27,516 bases of DNA from a virus (Duplodnaviria; Caudoviricetes). Of this stretch, positions 1 through 8,683 are shown piece after piece (within the stretch, counting starts at the first letter, position 1; every line of letters starts with the position of its first letter). Below the pieces are notes generated by a model, which saw nothing but the letters and a program-made list of their open reading frames with translations, did no database searches and was not told the origin of the DNA. The translations under genes were made by a program, and so were the position numbers. Location: positions 1-27,516 of IMG/VR virus record IMGVR_UViG_3300034147_000008; one strand, written 5' to 3'.

Positions 1-29
1 TCCTATTATAAGCCCTGTAGAATATGCGA
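1..29 (-). promoter_or_regulatory. Repeated phage promoter-like motif, copy 4 (TCGCA-N5-TACA-N4-TTATAATAGGA)
   Basis: Reverse complement reads TCGCATATTCTACAGGGCTTATAATAGGA, with the same spacing as the copies at 209-237, 415-443 and 836-864. It contains a TATAAT -10 box. Confidence 0.75.
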
Positions 30-208
30 AAAGCTTTTTAGGAACTTCCCCCCGGGAATTTTTTACCCTAAAAACAGGCATTTTAACGGAGAGGCCCTTG
101 TAGTGCGTTCTGAGACGTTTACCCCCCTTTTCTGGGGTGAATATATCATTTACACCCTTTTCGTCGCTTAGACGGCAATCTAGAGGGGTGTTTTTACAAA
201 AGCGGTGA

Positions 209-237
209 AAATTTTATAAGGTTTGTAGGTTTTGCGA
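209..237 (-). promoter_or_regulatory. Repeated promoter-like motif, degenerate copy 3
   Basis: Reverse complement TCGCAAAACCTACAAACCTTATAAAATT keeps TCGCA-N5-TACA-N4-TTATAA but has TATAAA in place of TATAAT. It directly follows a terminator. Confidence 0.6.
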
Positions 238-238
238 C

Positions 239-266
239 AAAACCAAAGGGCGTGTTAGGCCCTTTG
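239..266 (-). terminator. Intrinsic terminator
   Basis: Minus strand CAAAGGGC-CTAACAC-GCCCTTTG (8-bp perfect stem) followed by GTTTT, just after the stop of ORF 273-395. Confidence 0.7.
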
Positions 267-272
267 ACTTTA

Positions 273-395
273 TTACTTGTTTTCCAGTTCTTCACGTGCT
301 TCGTCTTCATTTGCACGCTCCAGTGCGGCCTTCTCATCCTGTTCCAGATGGAAGATCGCTGGGGTCATGCTCATGAAAGTGTCGAATGACATCAT
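273..395 (-). CDS. Small acidic hypothetical protein, 40 aa (MMSFDTFMSMTPAIFHLEQDEKAALERANEDEAREELENK)
   Basis: Not in the ORF track; translated by hand. AAAGGAG RBS at 401-407, promoter motif upstream, double TAA stop and a terminator downstream. Confidence 0.7.
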   Translation of the reverse strand: MMSFDTFMSMTPAIFHLEQDEKAALERANEDEAREELENK

Positions 396-414
396 GATTA
401 CTCCTTTGTAGTAG

Positions 415-443
415 TCCTATTATAACCGGTGTAAATCGTGCGA
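415..443 (-). promoter_or_regulatory. Repeated promoter-like motif, copy 2
   Basis: Reverse complement TCGCACGATTTACACCGGTTATAATAGGA, immediately upstream of the RBS of ORF 273-395. Confidence 0.78.
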
Positions 444-444
444 G

Positions 445-494
445 AAGAAAACAGAAAGCCTGCACAGGAATGTTTCTCCTATGCAGACTCTCTG
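445..494 (-). terminator. Intrinsic terminator (18-bp stem with G-U pairs)
   Basis: Minus strand CAGAGAGTCTGCATAGGA-GAAACAT-TCCTGTGCAGGCTTTCTG then TTTTCTT. All non-Watson-Crick positions are G-U on the minus strand. Confidence 0.75.
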
Positions 495-527
495 CTCTTC
501 GTCACATCAGGGGGATGATGTGCACGG

Positions 528-815
528 CTATTTTGCCTTCAAGATGAAGCTCATCGCCTTCGACGTCATGACATGCTTCTGCTCGTATGCGACAATGACC
601 AGTATCCCGGCTAAGTTCCCCACGACGATGGCCATCGTGTTCGGGTCGACCTTGCTCTTCTGCTTTTCAGCTTTCAGCTTGGTCAACCTTTCCAGATGTT
701 CCACCAGCGTGATGAATTCGCCATCAACTGTGTCATACGTCTGCATCGACGCTAGAACTTTGTTAATCGGTTCGTCGTAGATGGTCGGTTCATCTTTTCG
801 GAATATACCGAACAT
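528..815 (-). CDS. Conserved phage membrane protein (one C-terminal TM helix)
   Basis: 95 aa ORF with a GAAGGGA RBS. Hydrophobic stretch MAIVVGNLAGILVIVAY followed by E...TSKA, resembling a small membrane protein family of this phage group. Has its own promoter motif and terminator. Confidence 0.75.
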   Translation of the reverse strand: MFGIFRKDEPTIYDEPINKVLASMQTYDTVDGEFITLVEHLERLTKLKAEKQKSKVDPNTMAIVVGNLAGILVIVAYEQKHVMTSKAMSFILKAK

Positions 816-835
816 TGATTTCCCTTCGTAGTGTT

Positions 836-864
836 TCTCATTATAAGCAATGTTATTGCTGCGA
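836..864 (-). promoter_or_regulatory. Repeated promoter-like motif, copy 1
   Basis: Reverse complement TCGCAGCAATAACATTGCTTATAATGAGA. It abuts the holin stop codon and precedes ORF 528-815. Confidence 0.78.
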
Positions 865-1260
865 CTACGATTGGTTCTTGTTCACCTTGAAGGTAATGCG
901 TTCCTGGTTGGCCAAGTCTTCTGGATTCTCGTTTAGAACGAGTCGATAACCAGCTGCCCCTCCACCATCTTCGTTGACGACGAATTCGCCAACTGTTCCA
1001 GCATCAGACTGAACGTATCGACCAGAGCTGATGTTCAGAGACACGCCAAGGAAGGTGGTGATCAGCGCAACTGTGCCGACAACCTTTTCAGGCGAAGACC
1101 AGTCGTACAATTGAGCCATACCCAAATATAACGCTGAGAATGCGGGCAAGATGACTTGCACGAATCGCTTGATCCAGTCGTACACCACTGGGGTGATGAC
1201 CGTTGTCTCTGTAGTTGTGTTTGCTGCGGTGGTCTTTTCGACCTTCTGTGTAAGTGACAT
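865..1260 (-). CDS. Holin (Dp-1 holin-like)
   Basis: Two TM segments in YDWIKRFVQVILPAFSALYLGMAQLY...EKVVGTVALITTFLGVSLNISS match the Dp-1-type holin pattern. AGGAG RBS; follows the tail genes. Confidence 0.8.
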   Translation of the reverse strand: MSLTQKVEKTTAANTTTETTVITPVVYDWIKRFVQVILPAFSALYLGMAQLYDWSSPEKVVGTVALITTFLGVSLNISSGRYVQSDAGTVGEFVVNEDGGGAAGYRLVLNENPEDLANQERITFKVNKNQS

Positions 1261-1269
1261 TTATACTCC

Positions 1270-2382
1270 TTAAGCCTCGAGAATCTCGAGTGTTGGGTGG
1301 GCGCTCTCTCCAATTTCGTCCACGATTTCTACGTGTTCAACGACACGTGTTGTAGTGAGAGGCCCGTAGCTACTATCAACGGAGACTAGGTCCCCCATGT
1401 TATAATCCCTTCGGAATTCGTACGTAGGCGTTGATGAAACGTCAATGCGTGATAACGCAAGACGTTTCTGAGCACTCAATGCCTGATTTCCTCTAATTGT
1501 CATTTGGGCTCGTATGGCAGTTAACGTTCCACCTGTAGGGATCGTTTCCAGATGTCCGTCCAAGTCTCCACCATCAACTAGCATTACTCTACGACTTAAC
1601 CCAGTCTCTGCTCCATGAACCATCGTTTCGACAAACTTTCCTGTCACCAAGGCGGATGTCTTCATTCTCTTCATTGACCACAAGTAGTCAGCAGAGTCAA
1701 TGTCACCGTTCTTGGTGGAGAATATGATGTTCTTACGTTTGTCGTCTCCATCATGAATCAGAAATATGGTTTCTGTGTTTGAGCCAGGGAGACTGCTAAA
1801 GTTGTTCCTTCTAAGAACACGACAGCCGAGATCGTCGATCTCGAGAATCTCTAGCAGATGCTTTAACACCGTTCCACGAGCCAACGTACGTTCTTCACTT
1901 TCACCTGTTCCTGAAACAGAGTGATCTGCACTGACTAATGGCACAGCATCGCCTGACATGATTACTGTTCCGGTCTCAAGATGCTCGTTTAGTAATTCAG
2001 CAGCTTGAATCCACGTGAAGTTTGCTCCTAGAACATACGCCGATACGGCCAAGCTTGCAGGAGGAGAGGCCCAGTTCCAGTTCTGGCCAACAATCCTCTG
2101 CTCAGCTATACACTGAAAACTCCTTCCAGTAATTGTTAATGTTGGATCTAAATCTGTGTCTTCTTTGATCTGATGGTTCTCAACCATCATCACGTCCAGA
2201 GTCTTTGTATGAGATATGAGAGTTCCCTCTGGAAGGAAATCTCTTAGACCTGAACTGAGCTTAGCAACGATTTCGAAATCACCAGGTTCACGGTAACGTT
2301 CTGTCCAGGCAACGGAATCGTAGCCATTGATCGCCTCTCCACCAAGGAACGTACTGGCTGAATTGTACTTGAACAGCTCCAT
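1270..2382 (-). CDS. Minor tail / baseplate hub protein (siphovirus ReqiPepy6 Gp37-like)
   Basis: N-terminal SVAWTERYREPGDFEI and C-terminal YEFRRDYNMGDLVSV...RVVEHVE motifs; lies downstream of Dit. Alternative GTG start at 2388. Confidence 0.8.
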   Translation of the reverse strand: MELFKYNSASTFLGGEAINGYDSVAWTERYREPGDFEIVAKLSSGLRDFLPEGTLISHTKTLDVMMVENHQIKEDTDLDPTLTITGRSFQCIAEQRIVGQNWNWASPPASLAVSAYVLGANFTWIQAAELLNEHLETGTVIMSGDAVPLVSADHSVSGTGESEERTLARGTVLKHLLEILEIDDLGCRVLRRNNFSSLPGSNTETIFLIHDGDDKRKNIIFSTKNGDIDSADYLWSMKRMKTSALVTGKFVETMVHGAETGLSRRVMLVDGGDLDGHLETIPTGGTLTAIRAQMTIRGNQALSAQKRLALSRIDVSSTPTYEFRRDYNMGDLVSVDSSYGPLTTTRVVEHVEIVDEIGESAHPTLEILEA

Positions 2383-2384
2383 TA

Positions 2385-3230
2385 TCACACACCCCAGTAC
2401 GCTGCATGGAACTCAATATTGTCCCAATCGAACGATGCGATGTCGCTGAAGTGGAATTGACTACCGCCTGGGAATATAGTCGGCCATACAGACGTCGGTT
2501 CAATCCTGTCAAGCAAGTGAGTCGTAACTCCTGATCGAATCATATAGAGATAGCGATCATTGAACTCGCTGGAAAAATATAGAGCGTCTCCGGACAAGAA
2601 ACTTGTCGCTGGAATGATCTTGAAATCCCATTCTGGATCTGCAGCCTTGTCTTGAATCGTGAAGTCGGCAAGTGTGCCTGTGATGCTCACCTTCATACTG
2701 AACCCATGAGGCGCAGTAGAAATATCATCGGCGATGATGATCGGGTTGGCATCAGGAATGTCTGATGGGCCAAGTATTACTGGAGTGATTCCTCTGAACA
2801 CAGGGTCGTTACACTGAATCGTGATCTGAAGCTCTGGTTCATTCGAGAAATATGCAGCTTCGAACTTGGTGATGTGGCCTGAGATTCTTGCAACTGTGGA
2901 TCCACCTGAATGGAAATCCAGATCCAACAACCCAGACCTCGTAGCAGAGATTGCTCTATAGACGTTGTCTCGAATATCAGAGTTGGTCTCGCCAAGCCTG
3001 TAGTTCGGGTTCATCACGATTCTCAGTACAAGTTCTCTTTGCCGAAGCTTGAAGTCGTAGAACCGTTTGGTTCCATCCTTGCTGAACCCATAGAACTTCG
3101 GAATGATCTCATCTGCGTCAAGTCCGGCAATATTACGAATTATGTATTGTGATTTTGCCGTCGTTGAACGTAGATCAAATCGAATAGCCTCTACTTCTTC
3201 TGAAAGAATGCTAACGCTTGTTACTCTCAT
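2385..3230 (-). CDS. Distal tail protein (Dit-like minor tail protein)
   Basis: 281 aa directly after the tape measure (ATGA overlap). Contains I-x-GL-D, RELVLRI, QITIQCNDPVFRG and a C-terminal YWGV typical of Dit. Confidence 0.75.
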   Translation of the reverse strand: MRVTSVSILSEEVEAIRFDLRSTTAKSQYIIRNIAGLDADEIIPKFYGFSKDGTKRFYDFKLRQRELVLRIVMNPNYRLGETNSDIRDNVYRAISATRSGLLDLDFHSGGSTVARISGHITKFEAAYFSNEPELQITIQCNDPVFRGITPVILGPSDIPDANPIIIADDISTAPHGFSMKVSITGTLADFTIQDKAADPEWDFKIIPATSFLSGDALYFSSEFNDRYLYMIRSGVTTHLLDRIEPTSVWPTIFPGGSQFHFSDIASFDWDNIEFHAAYWGV

Positions 3231-6200
3231 GGAATCTTAAGCTCCTCTTTCGCTAGCATGATCTGATTACGAGTTTGTCTATAGATATCACCAGTAGACA
3301 GCTGCTTCGGTGCGTAGATGTTCTGTTCGAACTTAACGTCTCCTTGGCCTGTAATGTCTGCAGTTGTTTCTTCTGCTCCTGGTCTCAATCGTCTAGAGAT
3401 GTCAGCTGCTTGCAAATATGACGCAGTGGAAGGAATCATTGAAGCTAGAGCCTTTGCTCCAGCTTGAATCTGTGTAAGGTCCAAGACTGGCGTGATCGTT
3501 GGATGGAATTCATCCATGTCTTCAAGTTGGCTAGCCATACCAGCAACTACTTCGGACATTCTTTCAGTAAGATTATTCTTCATTGCGTTTGCTGGATCAA
3601 CATTATTCAACCAAGTCTCAACATTTTCCCATTCTCGGTCAAGTCCAATTTGGAGACCTTCCATGATCCATTCGCCATATTGTGTAAATACCTTAGACGG
3701 AGAGCCAATTCCTAATACAGATTTAAATATGTTCTTAGCTGCGTTACCAATACTGCCCAAAGTACCTTTAACACTGTCCCATTTATTTGTTATTCCATCA
3801 GAAAGGCTTTGAATAATATTTCCGCCAATGTCTGTTAGCAGACCTCTAAGACTACCAATAGCAGTACGAATCGCTTGTCCTCTATCACCAACCCAGCCTG
3901 AAACATGATGCCATGCTCCTGTCATACCATCTCTTAAACTACTTATAGCATTTGCACCGATGTCTGTTAGCAACTCTCTAAGTCCACCAATAGCTGTCCT
4001 GATAAGCTGAGGAATACTTTGGAACCAACCCACTGCAGCGTCCCAAGCATCTGTCGCACCGTTCTTCAGTCCATTAATGACGTTACCACCAATATCGGTA
4101 AGAAGCTCTCTAAGTCCACCAATAGCTGTCCTGATAAGCTGTGGAATACTTTGGAACCAGCCTACGACAACGTCCCAAGCTGCTTTCGCACCGTTCTTCA
4201 GTCCATTAATAACGTTCTCACCGATGTCTGACAACAGATCGAGAAGTCGACCAATGGCTGTTCTGATCAACTGAGGAATGCTCTTAAACCAGTTCACAAC
4301 AATGTCCCAAGCAGCTGTCGCACCGTTCTTCAGTCCATTAATGACGTTCTCACCGATGTCTGATAACAGATCGAGAAGTCGACCAATAGCCGTCCTGATA
4401 AGCTGAGGAAGATCTTGGAACCAACTTACCGCCGCATTCCATGCTGCAATAGCCCCATCCTTCAGACCAGTGATTATGTTGCCGCCAATATCTAGGAACA
4501 AGGAAGCAATGTCGCCAATACCACCAAGAATCATTCCAGGAAGACCTTTGAACCAGTCTATAACTGCGGGAATCGCAGCAGAAAGTCCTGAGAGAAGTCC
4601 TGAAATCATTCCTGCGGCAATTGGAAGTGCTTTTTCACCTAGTTCACCAGATTTAGCAGCTACTCCACCGATGACAGCACCGAAGAAGTTAAACAATGCG
4701 TCGATGATCTCAGGAATCTTTTCAGCTAAAGCATCCAAGAACCTGATGATTATGTCAGCAGCAAGAGTTACTATTTCTCCGATGTTGTCCCTGATACCAG
4801 TGAGCAACGCAATGATGATCTCAAAACCAGTCTGAACTAGATCTGGGAAATATCCACGGATAACTCTTAGAAGCTCACCGATCAGTGTCCCAATAGCATC
4901 TGCTGCTTTTGGAATAAGCTCGACAAGCCCGTCAAGGATCTTACCTAAAATTTGTACCAGCTTCTCAACGATGTCTGGCATCCCGGTCAACAGAGTGTCG
5001 AGGAACTCGATAATCGCATCTCCGACATCCCTAAACAAAGCAGGAAGAGCTTCTCCGAACGCTGCAATAGCGTCCATAAGTGCTTCGATACCTTTTGGCC
5101 CAACTTTAACTAGGGTTTCAATACCCTTTGCCACAGATATAACACCGACACCGAACAAGGCAAACCCTGCTCCTAAGAGTGTCAATGCCAAGCCGATACC
5201 AAGCAGCGGCACTACCGCAGGAGTTAGAAGATACGCAACACCAGCAAGGACGGCCAAGGCAACAGCGATACCGCCAACGCCCTTGATGATCGAGCCCCAA
5301 GACATGGCTGCCATGGTTGTCAGAACACCAACAAGCATTGTCAATCCGAACGCCATGGCGATAAGGCCTGCTGCTCCGAGGATCCCACCACTTGCAAAAG
5401 TTGTAAACAACCCTATAACAAGAAGTGCTCCACCGAGGGCAACCAAGCCTTTGACAATCGAACCCCAGCTTAAAGCTCCTAGAATTGCTATTACTCCAGC
5501 TATAGAGGTCAACCCTATGCTTACAGCAATGAGCCCGACGCCTACTAAAGGAAGAAATGGAGACATGAAATATGTCGCCGCAGCTATTAGACCTAAAGCG
5601 CCGCCGATGACGGTTAGTCCCTTGCCAATTTCTTCCCAGCCAAGAGATGCCATGATTTTCATTGCCCCAGCAATGATACCTAACGCAATTCCTACAGCAA
5701 TAAGCCCAGGTCCTATAAGAAGGATGCTTGGCCCAATGAATTTCACGCCAAGGGCGATAGCAACAAGTGCTCCAGCAACTCCGACAAGACCTTGTACAAT
5801 CTCATCCCAGTCCATCATGGAAAACAGTTTGACTGCTGCGGCCATAATTACTAGAGCTCCGGCCATAAAGAGCATGCCGACACCAGCGCCGATAATGCTC
5901 CCCTTGGCGAAGTTTAACAGCAAGGTTGCTCCGACAAGAAGTCCTAGTGCTCCGGCAACTCCAGTAAGACCTCTTGCCAATTCGTCCCATTCCATCATTG
6001 ACAGAAGTTTGATAGCTCCAACCAACAATAGAACAGCCCCAGCCATGATCACCATTCCAGAGGCGATCAATGCGAAAGTTCCTGCCCCTACTAGGTTGAT
6101 AGACATCTTGTTGAGAATTGCAAACGCCCCAATCAACAACCCGAAAGCAGTTGTCAACGATGTCATTGCGTCTGTAATTTTCTCAGCAGGGATAGTCGAT

Positions 6201-8305
6201 AGAACAAACAAGGATGCCGCAAGGATGCCAACGGCAATGGCAATGTTCAAGAGAGCATGCGCCTTGAGATCCGTTTGCATCGCTCTGAGAGTTCCAGTGA
6301 GCTCTCCGAATGCGCCAGAGATGTTCTTAAATATACCGTCGCCGAAACCTGAGAACAGACCCCCGGAGAAGATCTTGTACAAGATTGCAGCGATACCACC
6401 AAGCAAGGCAGTATCGATGACAGCTAGAACAGAATCGAAATCTGGAGCACTGATGATGGCTGCAAGATTTGACCCAAGATTTCCGAAGAAGTCAGCGAGC
6501 GAATCCCAAACACCGGAGAGAATATCGTCAATTCCGCCTAATGCACTCTTGAGTCCTGCCCAAATACCTCCAGCTGCTCCACCAACTCCTGATCCAGCAC
6601 CTGATAGAGAATCTCCAAGCGAACCGAACAAGCTACCAATAGATCCGAAAATATCTGATAGACCTTCTGGCAGCTTGATGCTGTCGAACAAATCAAGGAG
6701 TTTGGTTTTAAGATCTTTGATGAACTTAATTGGCTTCTGAAGTGAAGAAGCCAAATTATCGAAGAACGTTGAAATTCCTCCACCATCGACAAGAGTCTCT
6801 CTTAGTCTTGTAAAGAAGTCGCTGATGTCAGCTAGTCCTTCTAAGAATCCCCCGGAGCCTAATCCGGTGAAACTCACGATAAGATCCTTGATAAACCCTA
6901 CGCCTTCTTTCAGAACGTTCCACCCAATGCTTAACACTGAGAAGAAACCTGTAAATATACGCTTTAGGTTTTCAACTGTCTGTTCACTAGGACGCATTGC
7001 GGCCATCAAGTCAGCGAACTGCTTAGTGATTCTGTACAAATCTCCAGCATTTAATTGCCCGAAAACGTCTCTGAACGCTTCCTTGATAGGCGCCAAGATT
7101 TCGCCGAGAGCTATGAAACCGTCTTTTATGCCTTGAATGAGCTTGTCCCTACCACTCATGTCTTTCCACAGCTGAAGCATGCTGTTACGAGCTTCCGCAT
7201 TTTTCCCGATCATCCCACTGATTGCGTCACTGATACCAGTGAATAGTTCGGTTGCTTCTTTGAAATCACCAAATATGATTTCAAACGACCTGGCCCAACC
7301 AGATTGCAGAGCTTCCTTCGACGTGTTGATAAGTTGGGTAAGCGTCCTAACCTTGGTAGCTGAGTCAACGCCCAACTGGCCAAGACGATACATTTCTGCA
7401 GCTTGCGCCTCAGTGTAACCAAGCGCCGTAAGCTGCGCTTCGGTCATGTCACCAGTGAAGCCAGAAAGAGTTGTCGTCAAGACGTCGGCTGTAAGCCAGC
7501 CTTCTTCAAGAGACCCACGGAACGAGTTCCCAGCAGCCGTCCACTCCTCGAACGTCATGTCCATAGGAGTATCGGCGATGGTCCCCATCATCTTACCGGT
7601 CTCGAACAGGGCCTTCTGGAAAACTTCTCCACCCATTCCGGCGTTGACGACGGAGTTCCAGTCCATCAACTTGACTGAGCCGTTGGCGACAGCCTGAGAC
7701 AGCTGATACATCGCCATGGATGCTTGCTCGGAGTTCGAGCCAGATATAGCAGCCACGTTGGCGATACCCTTGATCGCCATGACCGAAGTGTCCAGATCCA
7801 CGCCGGCAGCAGAGAAGGTGCCGATGTTCTTCGTCATCTGACCGAAGTTATAGATCGTTTTGTCAGAATATTCGTTAAGCTGGTTTAGAGCATCATTGAC
7901 TTGCCCCAGAGTGGTGCCATCTGCAGAAGTGTTAGCCAGAACGGTCTGAATCGAGCCGATCTTGAGCTCGTATTCAGAGAAACCATCTAGCTCAGGCTGG
8001 AAGAATAGAGCCTTTGCGATTTGGGCTCCTGCAGTTAGTGCATGAGAGACGATGTTGGAAAGAACCGTGACAGCAATAGTGGACATTGCAAGGAATTTCG
8101 CACTGACACCGTCAATGGCTGCGTGTATTCCGCCGAGATGGAAATTTTGCGAAGCTGCAGATATGTTGCTAAGACCGTTTACAGATCCTGCGTGAGCAAG
8201 CGTTGAATTAAGTTTCTCAATACTGGCAATGGTGCCGGCCAGCTTGGTCTCGAACGCAGCGTTATCAAACTGCATCCTAACAATGCGTTCTTCAATGCTA
8301 GCCAC
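3227..8305 (-). CDS. Tape measure protein
   Basis: 1692 aa, Ala/Gly/Leu-rich. Has an N-terminal tape-measure domain (SIQTVLANT...YSDKTIYNFGQMT), a long hydrophobic core, W/F-periodic repeats and a GIGSPSKVF motif. Confidence 0.95.
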   Translation of the reverse strand: MASIEERIVRMQFDNAAFETKLAGTIASIEKLNSTLAHAGSVNGLSNISAASQNFHLGGIHAAIDGVSAKFLAMSTIAVTVLSNIVSHALTAGAQIAKALFFQPELDGFSEYELKIGSIQTVLANTSADGTTLGQVNDALNQLNEYSDKTIYNFGQMTKNIGTFSAAGVDLDTSVMAIKGIANVAAISGSNSEQASMAMYQLSQAVANGSVKLMDWNSVVNAGMGGEVFQKALFETGKMMGTIADTPMDMTFEEWTAAGNSFRGSLEEGWLTADVLTTTLSGFTGDMTEAQLTALGYTEAQAAEMYRLGQLGVDSATKVRTLTQLINTSKEALQSGWARSFEIIFGDFKEATELFTGISDAISGMIGKNAEARNSMLQLWKDMSGRDKLIQGIKDGFIALGEILAPIKEAFRDVFGQLNAGDLYRITKQFADLMAAMRPSEQTVENLKRIFTGFFSVLSIGWNVLKEGVGFIKDLIVSFTGLGSGGFLEGLADISDFFTRLRETLVDGGGISTFFDNLASSLQKPIKFIKDLKTKLLDLFDSIKLPEGLSDIFGSIGSLFGSLGDSLSGAGSGVGGAAGGIWAGLKSALGGIDDILSGVWDSLADFFGNLGSNLAAIISAPDFDSVLAVIDTALLGGIAAILYKIFSGGLFSGFGDGIFKNISGAFGELTGTLRAMQTDLKAHALLNIAIAVGILAASLFVLSTIPAEKITDAMTSLTTAFGLLIGAFAILNKMSINLVGAGTFALIASGMVIMAGAVLLLVGAIKLLSMMEWDELARGLTGVAGALGLLVGATLLLNFAKGSIIGAGVGMLFMAGALVIMAAAVKLFSMMDWDEIVQGLVGVAGALVAIALGVKFIGPSILLIGPGLIAVGIALGIIAGAMKIMASLGWEEIGKGLTVIGGALGLIAAATYFMSPFLPLVGVGLIAVSIGLTSIAGVIAILGALSWGSIVKGLVALGGALLVIGLFTTFASGGILGAAGLIAMAFGLTMLVGVLTTMAAMSWGSIIKGVGGIAVALAVLAGVAYLLTPAVVPLLGIGLALTLLGAGFALFGVGVISVAKGIETLVKVGPKGIEALMDAIAAFGEALPALFRDVGDAIIEFLDTLLTGMPDIVEKLVQILGKILDGLVELIPKAADAIGTLIGELLRVIRGYFPDLVQTGFEIIIALLTGIRDNIGEIVTLAADIIIRFLDALAEKIPEIIDALFNFFGAVIGGVAAKSGELGEKALPIAAGMISGLLSGLSAAIPAVIDWFKGLPGMILGGIGDIASLFLDIGGNIITGLKDGAIAAWNAAVSWFQDLPQLIRTAIGRLLDLLSDIGENVINGLKNGATAAWDIVVNWFKSIPQLIRTAIGRLLDLLSDIGENVINGLKNGAKAAWDVVVGWFQSIPQLIRTAIGGLRELLTDIGGNVINGLKNGATDAWDAAVGWFQSIPQLIRTAIGGLRELLTDIGANAISSLRDGMTGAWHHVSGWVGDRGQAIRTAIGSLRGLLTDIGGNIIQSLSDGITNKWDSVKGTLGSIGNAAKNIFKSVLGIGSPSKVFTQYGEWIMEGLQIGLDREWENVETWLNNVDPANAMKNNLTERMSEVVAGMASQLEDMDEFHPTITPVLDLTQIQAGAKALASMIPSTASYLQAADISRRLRPGAEETTADITGQGDVKFEQNIYAPKQLSTGDIYRQTRNQIMLAKEELKIP
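3775..4560 (-). repeat. 132-bp (44-aa) tandem repeat, about 6 copies, within the tape measure gene
   Basis: Unit DIGENVINGLKNGATAAWDIVVNWFKSIPQLIRTAIGRLLDLLS. Six DIG motifs at an exact 132-nt period (4492 to 3832 = 5 x 132). Confidence 0.9.
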
Positions 8306-8675
8306 TTGTCACCTTCTTCCATACATCTTCTGCGATTTGATCGAATACTGGTCTCATTGCTGGGTTGATGAAGTCACGTCCAGGAACGTAACCACCGGTC
8401 CCTGTTCCGTGCCCATATTGAATATAAAGCACTACTGGTAGGCCACCTTCTCTGTTCGAGTTGGACCAGAAAATGGTTGCGCCACCACTTCCCTGTTCAA
8501 CTGTGTAGTTCCAAGAACTTGCCGCCTTCCCAGTGTCAACAGGAGTAGCGCCGGACAAAGCATCTTTTCCTCTTTCTCCGCCCCTTTTCAAGTCTGAGAA
8601 AAGCTTGTCTGACGTGATGTTGTGTAAGAAACTTTCAGTTGCTTTGGTTGAGCCTGATACGATAACTTTTATCAT
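8298..8675 (-). CDS. Tail completion / neck protein (HK97 gp10-like)
   Basis: ATPVDTGKAASSW, YIQYGHGT and GRDFINPAMRP motifs typical of the HK97 gp10 family. Confidence 0.75.
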   Translation of the reverse strand: MIKVIVSGSTKATESFLHNITSDKLFSDLKRGGERGKDALSGATPVDTGKAASSWNYTVEQGSGGATIFWSNSNREGGLPVVLYIQYGHGTGTGGYVPGRDFINPAMRPVFDQIAEDVWKKVTSG

Positions 8676-8683
8676 CAGACACC

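Noticed and set aside
503-522. Small CACATCA/TGATGTG hairpin
   Set aside because: It is only a 7-bp stem without a U-tract. The stronger terminator at 445-494 explains this intergenic region.
481-780. 99-aa plus-strand ORF
   Set aside because: It is antisense to the 528-815 gene, which has its own promoter motif, RBS and terminator.
1-864. Repeated 29-bp motif considered as a CRISPR array
   Set aside because: The copies are degenerate, spacing is irregular (about 208, 206 and 421 bp), the intervals contain genes and terminators, and there are no cas genes.
4971-6740. 589-aa plus-strand ORF
   Set aside because: It is antisense to the hydrophobic Ala/Gly/Leu/Ile core of the tape measure gene. 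The P/A/I/T-rich translation is what the reverse complement of such codons gives, and no RBS or domain is evident.
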